Positions 55,349 through 62,657 of a stretch of 64,000 nt of DNA are shown piece after piece. Positions within the stretch are counted from its first letter, which is position 1. Each line of letters starts with the position of its first letter. Origin of the DNA: Oscillospiraceae bacterium (GTDB taxonomy: Bacteria; Bacillota; Clostridia; Oscillospirales; CAG-272); assembly GCA_015063305.1 (NCBI GenBank), contig SVUJ01000005.1:34484-98483 (forward strand), given 5' to 3'. The translations under genes were made by a program, and so were the position numbers. The notes below the pieces were generated by a model. That model worked only from the letters and a program-made list of their open reading frames with translations, was not told where the DNA came from and did not search any database.

Positions 55349-57736
55349 TTATGCCTCTTCGGCAAACTTGCGGATGTTGGAAACGTTAACTATCTTTTCA
55401 ACGTTCTCTCCGTCAACGATAACGAGTGTGGGAGCCTGCTTGATACCGTAAGCATTAGCGAGATCGGGAGCTTCCTCAGCGATGATCTTGTCGTAAACGA
55501 TACCTGCATCGTCAAGGAACTTAGCCGCCATCTTACAGTTGGGGCAGGTCTTGGTAGCGAAAAGCATAAGCTTTCCGTTTGATGCCTTAGCTTCGCTCTT
55601 TTCCTCAGCCTTTACCGAAGGAGCGCAGGGGTCTGCATTCATATTGTATCCGTGCTTGTTCATAGAAGCGCTGATATCATAGAGCTTACGCGACTTGTAC
55701 TCCTGAGACTTACCGTCGTTCCAGTTCTGAACGGGTCTGTAGTATCCTGTGATACGGCTGTATACCTCGGTCTTCTCGCCGCAGTGAGGACAAGCGAACG
55801 CCTCGCCTACGATATAGCCGTGAGTCTTACAAACCGAATATGTGGGAGAAAGAGTATAATAGGGAAGCTTGTAGTTTTCAGCGATCTTGCGAACGAGGTT
55901 AGCCGCAGCCTGCCATGTGGGAAGCTTCTCGCCGAGAAAGGCGTGGAATACTGTTCCCGATGTGTAGAGGGTCTGGAGCTCGTCCTGAATGTCAAGCGCC
56001 TCAAATATATCCGAGGTGTAGCCAACGGGGAGGTGAGAGGAGTTGGTGTAGTAGGGAACGCTGTTGTCCTCGCAAGCGGTAACGATGTCGGGGAATCTCT
56101 TAAGGTCGTGCTTAGCAAGACGGTAAGAGGTAGACTCTGCGGGAGTAGCCTCGAGGTTGTAGAGGTCTCCGTACTTTTCCTGATAGTCGGAGAGACGGTT
56201 TCTCATGAAGTTAAGAACGTCCTTGGTGAACTCCTGAGTTTCCTTATGTGTAAGGTCAGCCTTGAGCCACTTAGCGTTAAGACCAACCTCATTCATACCA
56301 ACAAGACCGATGGTAGAGAAGTGGTTCTCGAATGTTCCGAGGTAACGCTTGGTGTAGGGGTAAAGACCCTCTTCAAGAAGCTTTGTTATAACAGTTCTCT
56401 TTACCTTGAGCGAACGAGCCGCAACGTCCATGATGTGACCCAAGCGCTTGTAGAAGTCAGCCTCATTTTCAGCGAGATATGCGATTCTGGGCATATTGAC
56501 TGTAACAACACCGATAGAACCTGTGCTCTCACCGCTTCCGAAGAATCCGCCCGACTTCTTGCGAAGCTCACGGAGGTCAAGGCGCAGACGGCAGCACATA
56601 CTTCTTACGTCACTGGGCTCCATATCGCTATTGATGTAGTTAGAGAAGTAGGGAGTACCGTACTTGGAGGTCATCTCGAAGAGAAGACGGTTGTTTTCGG
56701 TATCCGACCAATCGAAGTTAGATGTGATGGAGTAGGTGGGGATAGGATACTGGAAGCCTCTGCCGTTGGCATCGCCCTCGATCATTATCTCGATAAACGC
56801 CTTGTTTATCATATCCATCTCAGCCTGACAATCCTTGTACTTGAAGTCCATCTCCTTGCCGCCAACGATAGCATTCATCTCAGCGAGGTCAGCGGGGACC
56901 TTCCAGTCGAGAGTGATGTTGGAGAAGGGAGCCTGAGTACCCCAACGGGAGGGTGTGTTTACACCGAATATGAAGGACTCGATGCACTTCTTTACCTGAG
57001 AGTAGGTAAGATTGTCAACCTTAACGAAGGGAGCGAGGTAGGTGTCGAAGGACGAGAATGCCTGAGCGCCTGCCCACTCGTTCTGCATGATACCGAGGAA
57101 GTTTACCATCTGGTTACAGAGGGTAGCGAGGTGGCTTGCGGGAGCGGAAGTGATCTTTCCAACAACTCCGCCAAGACCTTCCTGAATGAGCTGCTTGAGC
57201 GACCAACCTGCGCAGTAGCCTGTGAGCATCGAGAGGTCGTGGAGGTGGATATCCGCGTTTCTGTGCGCGTTTGCGATCTCCTCGTCATAAACCTCAGAGA
57301 GCCAGTAGTTAGCGGTGATAGCGCCCGAGTTGCTGAGTATAAGACCGCCTACCGAGTAGGTAACGGTGGAGTTTTCCTTAACACGCCAGTCTATGCTCTT
57401 TACGTAGCTGTCCACGAGCTCCTTGTAGTCAAGGATAGTAGACTTCATATTACGGAGCTTTTCTCTCTGCTTACGGTAAAGGATGTAAGCCTTTGCAACG
57501 TCAGCGTATCCAGCCTGAACGAGAACTGCCTCAACGCTATCCTGAATATCCTCGACAGCGATAAGACCTTCCTTTATTTTTGATTCGAAATCAGCCGTGA
57601 CCTTAAGTCCGAGCAGATCTATAACATCGGGGTGATAATTTTTTTCCTGTGCTTCAAAAGCGAGCTTGATGGCTTCGTTGATCTTATCTATCTTAAAGTC
57701 AACTACTTTTCCATCTCTTTTAAGTACCTGATACAT
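55349..57736 (-). CDS. nrdD: Anaerobic ribonucleoside-triphosphate reductase NrdD (class III) with an N-terminal ATP-cone and a fused C-terminal thioredoxin/glutaredoxin-fold domain
   Basis: ATP-cone at the N-terminus (VLKRDGKVVDF...ILYRKQREKLR). C-terminal Zn site CPHCG followed by the glycyl-radical motif SRITGYYRP. A further ~109-aa extension contains LFATKTCPNCKMAAKFL. Confidence 0.9.
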   Translation of the reverse strand: MYQVLKRDGKVVDFKIDKINEAIKLAFEAQEKNYHPDVIDLLGLKVTADFESKIKEGLIAVEDIQDSVEAVLVQAGYADVAKAYILYRKQREKLRNMKSTILDYKELVDSYVKSIDWRVKENSTVTYSVGGLILSNSGAITANYWLSEVYDEEIANAHRNADIHLHDLSMLTGYCAGWSLKQLIQEGLGGVVGKITSAPASHLATLCNQMVNFLGIMQNEWAGAQAFSSFDTYLAPFVKVDNLTYSQVKKCIESFIFGVNTPSRWGTQAPFSNITLDWKVPADLAEMNAIVGGKEMDFKYKDCQAEMDMINKAFIEIMIEGDANGRGFQYPIPTYSITSNFDWSDTENNRLLFEMTSKYGTPYFSNYINSDMEPSDVRSMCCRLRLDLRELRKKSGGFFGSGESTGSIGVVTVNMPRIAYLAENEADFYKRLGHIMDVAARSLKVKRTVITKLLEEGLYPYTKRYLGTFENHFSTIGLVGMNEVGLNAKWLKADLTHKETQEFTKDVLNFMRNRLSDYQEKYGDLYNLEATPAESTSYRLAKHDLKRFPDIVTACEDNSVPYYTNSSHLPVGYTSDIFEALDIQDELQTLYTSGTVFHAFLGEKLPTWQAAANLVRKIAENYKLPYYTLSPTYSVCKTHGYIVGEAFACPHCGEKTEVYSRITGYYRPVQNWNDGKSQEYKSRKLYDISASMNKHGYNMNADPCAPSVKAEEKSEAKASNGKLMLFATKTCPNCKMAAKFLDDAGIVYDKIIAEEAPDLANAYGIKQAPTLVIVDGENVEKIVNVSNIRKFAEEA

Positions 57737-57784
57737 TTTATTCTCCTTTTCTTTTAAAATTTATTACACTATGTGACGTATATA

Positions 57785-57813
57785 AGTATAAAGCAAAAAA
57801 GGAGAAAAGTCAA
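57785..57813 (-). promoter_or_regulatory. Sigma-A promoter for nrdD
   Basis: On the minus strand: TTGACT (57813..57808), 17 nt, TATACT (57790..57785). Confidence 0.55.
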
Positions 57814-57822
57814 TTGTGAGTT

Positions 57823-57872
57823 ATCACAATATATTGGTGTTTTGCTTGTACAAAATCACAATATATTGTATA
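57823..57872. promoter_or_regulatory. Two tandem NrdR-box-like palindromes
   Basis: atCACAATATATTGGTGt (57823-57840) and atCACAATATATTGTAta (57855-57872) have equivalent positions 32 bp apart. They lie immediately upstream of the nrdD -35 box. Confidence 0.7.
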
Positions 57873-57898
57873 AATTGAGATTTTTGAAAATTTAAGGG

Positions 57899-58588
57899 TT
57901 ATATACCGCGAAGCTCTGTTGAGGGTATGTTTTTACGCGCAATATCAAGCAAAGAGCGCATTTCTTCTGGGGTGTAGGCGGATAATCCGTCGGATATTAT
58001 ATCCCCCGAGTCCTTAAATGACTGAAGAAAATAGCGCCCAGCGCCTACTATCCAGCGGGACATATCCTCTATATCTTGTGGTGTGTGAAATTCTTTAACC
58101 ACAGTCGTTCTGAATTCGTAGGGGATATTTCCGTTTATCAGCAAAGATATGCTTTCGGATATCTTTGCGGTATCCACGTCAGTACCGCAGATGAGGGAAT
58201 ATTTTTCTTTTGAGTTTTTTATGTCCATAGCTACATAATCAACAAGACCGCGGGCGAGAATAGAATTGAGCCTTTCGGGGAAGGAGCCGTTTGTGTCCAG
58301 CTTAACGGCAAGACCGATATCCTTGATCTTTTGCAAAAAGTCTTCAATATCTTTTTGCAGGAGCGGCTCGCCGCCGCTTACACATACGCCGTCAAGTATC
58401 GAGCTTCTCTTTTTTAAGAATGAGAAGAAATCGTCCTCGGATATAATATCCGAAAAATCGGGGGATATCACCAAAGAGGCGTTGTGACAAAACGGACAGC
58501 GGAAGTTACAGCCGCCCGTAAATACCGTACACGCTACCTTGCCCGGAAAATCAAGCAGAGTGGTTTTTTGAAGACCTTTTATTATCAT
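57899..58588 (-). CDS. nrdG: Anaerobic ribonucleotide reductase activating protein (radical SAM) NrdG
   Basis: GGCNFRCPFCHN radical-SAM cluster motif, then VSGGEPLLQ. 229 aa. Adjacent to nrdD. Confidence 0.88.
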   Translation of the reverse strand: MIIKGLQKTTLLDFPGKVACTVFTGGCNFRCPFCHNASLVISPDFSDIISEDDFFSFLKKRSSILDGVCVSGGEPLLQKDIEDFLQKIKDIGLAVKLDTNGSFPERLNSILARGLVDYVAMDIKNSKEKYSLICGTDVDTAKISESISLLINGNIPYEFRTTVVKEFHTPQDIEDMSRWIVGAGRYFLQSFKDSGDIISDGLSAYTPEEMRSLLDIARKNIPSTELRGI

Positions 58589-58688
58589 AGCAGCACAAAC
58601 CTTTCATTCTTATTACATATAAGACAAGTATATCACAAAACTGTCCGAAAAGCAATCGGCAAGAAAAAAGTTTTGTATCGGGGGAGAA

Positions 58689-59696
58689 ATGAGCATATTT
58701 GACGTTTTAGACCTTGTTTGCGGCTTGGCGCTATTTTTGTTTGGTATAAATTTTATGGGAGAAACACTCAAACGAAGCGCCGGAAACAGACTTAAAGTTT
58801 TTTTGGAAAATATCACAGCGTCACCTATAAAAGGTTTTTTCTTTGGCGTTGCGGTAACCGCGGCAATGCAGTCATCGAGCGCCACAACGGTTATGGTGGT
58901 AGGTTTTGTCAATTCGGGAGCTATGACACTCTCACAGGCGATAAGCGTTATAATGGGAGCGAACGTCGGCACTACCGTCACATCGTGGTTAACGGGACTT
59001 TCGGGGCTTGGCACGGTCGGCGAGGAAACGGTAAGCTTCTTGAGATGGCTCAAGCCATCTTCCTTCGTACCCATAGTGGCGCTTATTGGAATAATCTTAT
59101 ATATGTTTGGGAAGAGCTCGGCAAGAAAGAATATAGGTTCTATACTTCTTGGGTTTTCTATACTTATGGTAGGAATGGAGCTTATGTCGGCGGCGGTAAG
59201 TCCGCTTGCCGAGAGCGAAAGCTTCAAGGCGACCCTTTTGTGGTTTGAGGACCCAATACTCGGAGTTTTTGTTGGTGCGCTTATGACCGCAATACTTCAA
59301 AGCTCGTCAGCCGCCGTTGGTATCCTGCAATCGCTTACCGTCACGGGCGCGATAAATTTTGAAAACGCAATACCCATACTTCTGGGTCAGAATATAGGAA
59401 CTTGCATCACCACTATAATAGCATCTATAGGGGCGGGAAAAAACGCCAAAAGAGCGGCTTTCGTACATCTTTATTTTAATATAATAGGTGTGACCGTTTT
59501 TATGAGCTTATTCTACCTTATTAATAATATAGTGGGACTGCCCTTTGCGAGCGATAGTATAGACGTGTGGGGAATAGCAATAGTTCATACAGTATTCAAT
59601 ATTTTGTCGGTGCTCCTGATAGCGCCGTTTGCGCGACAGCTTGAAAAGCTTGTTTGTATAACTGTCAGGGATAACAAAAAAAGCGGTTCAATTTGA
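58689..59696 (+). CDS. Na/Pi cotransporter family protein (short form, no PhoU-like C-terminal domain)
   Basis: Duplicated motif QSSSATT...GANVGTT and QSSSAAV...GQNIGTC, characteristic of Na_Pi_cotrans repeats. Confidence 0.8.
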   Translation: MSIFDVLDLVCGLALFLFGINFMGETLKRSAGNRLKVFLENITASPIKGFFFGVAVTAAMQSSSATTVMVVGFVNSGAMTLSQAISVIMGANVGTTVTSWLTGLSGLGTVGEETVSFLRWLKPSSFVPIVALIGIILYMFGKSSARKNIGSILLGFSILMVGMELMSAAVSPLAESESFKATLLWFEDPILGVFVGALMTAILQSSSAAVGILQSLTVTGAINFENAIPILLGQNIGTCITTIIASIGAGKNAKRAAFVHLYFNIIGVTVFMSLFYLINNIVGLPFASDSIDVWGIAIVHTVFNILSVLLIAPFARQLEKLVCITVRDNKKSGSI

Positions 59697-59754
59697 TTTC
59701 TTCTCTTAAGAATAGGTTTTAGAGTTGAATATAATACGTTACCCACCGACAGAA

Positions 59755-59787
59755 AAGGGCGAAGAATTGTTAAAATTCTTCGCCCTT
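59755..59787. terminator. 14-bp hairpin (probable terminator; the A-run on the + side suggests it serves minus-strand transcripts)
   Basis: Stem aagggcgaagaatt / aattcttcgccctt with a 5-nt loop, preceded by agaaaa. Confidence 0.55.
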
Positions 59788-59813
59788 TACCTTGGCAAAT
59801 GTGATTTTGTTTG

Positions 59814-60018
59814 TCGATATGCCTCGCTCGGCTCAGCTCGATATATTTGCCTTGCGGCAAATTCGATATAACCTCCCTTGCGGTCGGTTTCGATATGATA
59901 TAAATCCCTCGTTTGCGAAGCAAACATATCGAGCGCAGCTATATCGAGTTGCGTCAGCAACATATCGAAAATCCCGCAAGGGATTTATATCGATGCTTTG
60001 CGCCCCCGGGCGCAAAGC
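59814..60018. repeat. Phased 7-mer / hairpin array C: four TCGATAT then four ATATCGA, separated by unique short hairpins
   Basis: TCGATAT at 59814, 59838, 59863 and 59890. ATATCGA at 59926, 59941, 59962 and 59987. Spacers fold as atttgcc-ttgc-ggcaaat, gtttgc-gaa-gcaaac, gttgc-gtca-gcaac, aaatccc-gcaa-gggattt and gctttgcgcc-cccg-ggcgcaaagc. Confidence 0.85.
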
Positions 60019-60022
60019 TAAT

Positions 60023-60673
60023 TTAAACCGTGGCGTATGTAATTCCGTAGCTCTCGGCATACGCCTGAGCGAAAGATCCGCTCTGGCAGTATATAGTGAA
60101 TGACTTCGAACAGCCGCTGAACGCCGAGTGTCCTATCTTCTTGATGCTTTTGGGTATGGTGATAGCGCCGAGAGATGAGCAGTTGTAAAATGCAAACCAA
60201 TCTATCTCCTCAACTCCCTCTGAAATTATTACCGATTTAAAACGGTATCCCTCAAAGGCGTTTGAGGATATCGAATAGACCTCAAATCCGTCAACCATAG
60301 AGGGTATCACGATATGCTCGTCTTTGCCTGTGAAGCCTGTTATGATAGCCTTGCCGTCGCTCAATTTATAAGTGAATATCGACTCGGGCAGGGAAGCGCT
60401 CGTCGTGGTGGCTTGTGTTGTGGTAGCTTGTGAGGTCAATTCATTGAGCTGATTTTGCAATTCTTCAAGCTGCTTTCTGCTCTCTTCTTCAGAGAGGGAG
60501 CTGTTCTTCTGGAGCTCAAGTATCTTGTTTTCAAGCTCTTTGATGAGGGCTTCGTAAGAGCCCGAGGTGTCCTGCGGGATATCCGAGGGCGTATCGGCAA
60601 CGGGGGAACAAGCAATAAATATAAAGGAAAAAATAAGTACAAAGGATATAAACGGTAATAAGAATTTTTTCAT
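60023..60673 (-). CDS. Lipoprotein with a coiled-coil segment and a BspA-type leucine-rich-repeat domain
   Basis: AAGGAG RBS before ATG 60673 (MKKFLLPF...FIACS lipobox). Heptad-like LIKELENKILELQ. LRR_5-like ISSNAFEGY...IDWFAFYNCSSL...IGHSAFSGC. Confidence 0.7.
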   Translation of the reverse strand: MKKFLLPFISFVLIFSFIFIACSPVADTPSDIPQDTSGSYEALIKELENKILELQKNSSLSEEESRKQLEELQNQLNELTSQATTTQATTTSASLPESIFTYKLSDGKAIITGFTGKDEHIVIPSMVDGFEVYSISSNAFEGYRFKSVIISEGVEEIDWFAFYNCSSLGAITIPKSIKKIGHSAFSGCSKSFTIYCQSGSFAQAYAESYGITYATV

Positions 60674-60783
60674 TAGACTAACGCTCCTTTCGTAGGAAAA
60701 GGATAGCATTAATAAAAAAATAAATCAAGAAAAAGCTGTCGAAGGGAATAAAAATATTTTTTAAAGTTTTTTCAAAAAAGGTA

Positions 60784-60812
60784 TTGACAAATGAGAAATT
60801 ATAGGATATAAT
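60784..60812 (+). promoter_or_regulatory. Sigma-A promoter for the tRNA gene
   Basis: TTGACA, 17 nt, TATAAT. The tRNA 5' end lies 18 nt downstream of the -10 box. Confidence 0.7.
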
Positions 60813-60829
60813 ATCAAGGTCGCAACTGA

Positions 60830-60906
60830 GGGCCAATAGCTCAGTTGGTTAGAGCTACCGGCTCATAACCGGTCGGTCCGGGGTTCGAGTCCCTGTTGGC
60901 CCACCA
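60830..60906 (+). tRNA. tRNA with CAT anticodon, encoded CCA; probably tRNA-Ile2 (lysidine-modified) rather than elongator Met; not an initiator
   Basis: 77-nt cloverleaf folded by hand: acceptor GGGCCAA/TTGGCCC, D arm GCTC-AGTTGGTTA-GAGC, anticodon arm ACCGG-CTCATAA-CCGGT, T arm CGGGG-TTCGAGT-CCCTG. G1-C72 is paired. C4-G69 and C5-G68 match E. coli and B. subtilis tRNA-Ile2. Confidence 0.9.
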
Positions 60907-60907
60907 G

Positions 60908-60939
60908 AAAAAAGCACTTGCAAAAGCAAGTGCTTTTTT
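60908..60939 (+). terminator. Intrinsic terminator after the tRNA
   Basis: Stem aaaaagcacttgc / gcaagtgcttttt followed by a T-run. Confidence 0.8.
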
Positions 60940-60941
60940 CA

Positions 60942-61105
60942 GTTATATTCGCCTGTGGCGAGTTATATTGCTTCGCAGTGATATTCGGCTAACGCCGAGT
61001 GATATTCGCTTCGCGAGTTTTGGTGGCGAATATAATATCACTGAAGCCGTAAGGCTTCAATATCACTTTTGCGCAAGCAAATGCTTCATATCGCCGTAAG
61101 GCGAT
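60942..61105. repeat. Phased 7-mer / hairpin array D: four GT(T/G)ATAT then ATATCAC/ATATCGC units, separated by unique tetraloop hairpins
   Basis: GTTATAT at 60942 and 60962. GTGATAT at 60978 and 60999. ATATCAC at 61035 and 61060. ATATCGC at 61088. Spacers: tcgcc-tgt-ggcga, tcggc-taa-gccga, tcgc-ttc-gcga, gaagcc-gtaa-ggcttc, tttgc-gcaa-gcaaa and atcgcc-gtaa-ggcgat. Confidence 0.85.
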
Positions 61106-61129
61106 GCCTCATTTATAAAATACAACCAC

Positions 61130-61167
61130 AAAGCTCCGCCCGATAATCGGGCGGAGCTTTAATTTTT
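61130..61167. terminator. 13-bp hairpin between array D and the convergent surface-protein gene
   Basis: Stem aaagctccgcccg / cgggcggagcttt followed by aattttt. Confidence 0.6.
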
Positions 61168-61179
61168 AGATATGTTTAA

Positions 61180-62397
61180 TTAGTCCTCTTTTTTCTTGGA
61201 AACAACTGCAACGCCAAGGCCGAGAAGGGGAACTATAGCGAGAGCGGAAAGTGCTATGGACTTGCCGCATCCCTTTTCCTCAGCTGCGGTGGTAGCTGCC
61301 GTGGTTGCTGCTGTGGTAGCCTCTGTATTTACTGTGGGCTTGGTTGCATCAGGCTCAGCTGTAGTTGTAGCTGCGGTCGTGGGCTCAGCGGTCGTGGACT
61401 CATCAGTTGTGGACTCAGCACCCGAGGATTGCTCGGACCCTGCCAACGGATCCTCATAGAGGCATATAAATCTAAGAAGTCTTCCGTAGGTGGAATAATA
61501 GGTTTTAGCAACGGTGGAAGCATCGGGCCACAGCTCGTAGGACTTCATATAACCGTCTTCGATCATATCTAAGGAGTTGAGTCTGTTCTGGAGTGTTACG
61601 TCGCCGCCTTCAGCGCAGTTTGCTCCCGCCTCGGTTCTCTTACCCTTTGCCATATAACCAAAGTAGTTAAGCTCCTGGTCACCGGTAGCTCTCAGAAGAG
61701 AAGCCTTAGAGAATCTGAACTCTGCGGTTATATTAGCAACAGTTTCCTGAGATTCGTCCGTCCAGTTTCTCTGAGCAATACCGTCGAGATCGTCTGTTTC
61801 TTCCTCGACTGTAAGAATGTTATCCTTGTCATAGAGCATAGAGAACTTGTTTCTTCCATCAGCGTCACCTATATATGTGGGGTCGGTTATATCGTTTGCA
61901 AACATAATGTCGGGAGTATTATCAAGGTCTATGCCTTCGGGAAGGTCAAAATTAATCGAGAGTGTGTTGTGAGCAGCAGCCGGGTCATAGGCAGCAGCCT
62001 GAGTGGGGTTTATTCTGAGCATGAAGTCGGAAAGATCCTGACCGAACTCAAAAGCAAGGTAGATATTCTCCTCGTCAACGGCAATAAACTCCTTTATAAC
62101 AACTCTGTTATTGGGGTGGCAGTTTACACCGAAGTTGTTGTTAGCTCTGTAGTCCTCGTACTCTCTGGTCTCACTTGTGAGATTGGTGTACGATCTCGAG
62201 TATGTATACTCGCCTTCGCTGATAACACCGTCCAGTTCGGGTGCTGTGGTTACGTTTTCAGTAGCGTATAGGCCGCTAACGCCGTATTTTCTGAATACTT
62301 CTTCCACAAGGTTGAGGGGTTCGTCCGCAGAAACAGAGAAGGTCACTGCAGAAGCGAGAAGGATAAAACAAAGCATGATTGAAACGAGCTTTTTCAT
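61180..62397 (-). CDS. Secreted or cell-surface protein (paralogue 1): signal peptide, beta-rich domain, Thr/Ala-rich linker, Cys-containing C-terminal membrane anchor
   Basis: MKKLVSIMLCFILLASAVTFSVSA signal peptide. TAPELDGVISEGEY. TTAATTAATTAA linker. C-terminus KGCGKSIALSALAIVPLLGLGVAVVSKKKED. Confidence 0.7.
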   Translation of the reverse strand: MKKLVSIMLCFILLASAVTFSVSADEPLNLVEEVFRKYGVSGLYATENVTTAPELDGVISEGEYTYSRSYTNLTSETREYEDYRANNNFGVNCHPNNRVVIKEFIAVDEENIYLAFEFGQDLSDFMLRINPTQAAAYDPAAAHNTLSINFDLPEGIDLDNTPDIMFANDITDPTYIGDADGRNKFSMLYDKDNILTVEEETDDLDGIAQRNWTDESQETVANITAEFRFSKASLLRATGDQELNYFGYMAKGKRTEAGANCAEGGDVTLQNRLNSLDMIEDGYMKSYELWPDASTVAKTYYSTYGRLLRFICLYEDPLAGSEQSSGAESTTDESTTAEPTTAATTTAEPDATKPTVNTEATTAATTAATTAAEEKGCGKSIALSALAIVPLLGLGVAVVSKKKED

Positions 62398-62583
62398 AAA
62401 TTGTCTCCTATTCGTTATATAATTTTGTTTTGTGTATAAAGATACATACCTACATATCTTTACGCAGTATTATACCACAGGTTGAATTTTAATGTGTACA
62501 AAATTATGCACAATTTGTACAAAATTCTATCCTATTTCGATAGAATTTTTTGTTATAAGTCACTTTTTTCCATATTCAAGAAA

Positions 62584-62626
62584 TTAACGGTCGGCGTCAG
62601 AGGGAGTCTCTGACGCCGACCGTTAA
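62584..62626 (-). terminator. 19-bp perfect hairpin downstream of surface-protein paralogue 2
   Basis: Stem ttaacggtcggcgtcagag / ctctgacgccgaccgttaa with a 5-nt loop. Confidence 0.6.
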
Positions 62627-62657
62627 AGTCTAAATATTCTTAATTATATTTTGAATT

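Noticed and set aside
55652-57583. 643-aa ORF on the + strand, antisense to nrdD. Other long antisense ORFs are similar, for example 43687..44562 opposite tsf, 34574..35452 opposite truA, 25578..26327 opposite ruvB, 3219..4352 opposite murF and 10051..10752 opposite ftsZ.
   Set aside because: Each lies entirely inside a gene whose product carries clear family motifs on the other strand. The antisense translations are low-complexity, have no RBS and show no recognisable motifs. They are typical shadow ORFs.
58689-59696. Na/Pi cotransporter as a C-terminally truncated pseudogene. Many homologues carry a PhoU-like C-terminal domain, and the gene here ends just before a repeat array.
   Set aside because: Both Na_Pi_cotrans repeats are intact, and the ORF ends cleanly with no recognisable PhoU-like remnant in any downstream frame. 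Short forms of this family exist. Truncation cannot be shown from the sequence alone.
59814-61105. Possible CRISPR arrays, suggested by the repeat-spacer appearance of arrays C and D.
   Set aside because: The repeats are only 7 nt, the spacers are 8-29 nt and self-complementary, and the left and right halves are mirror images. No cas genes or leader are present. This does not fit CRISPR.
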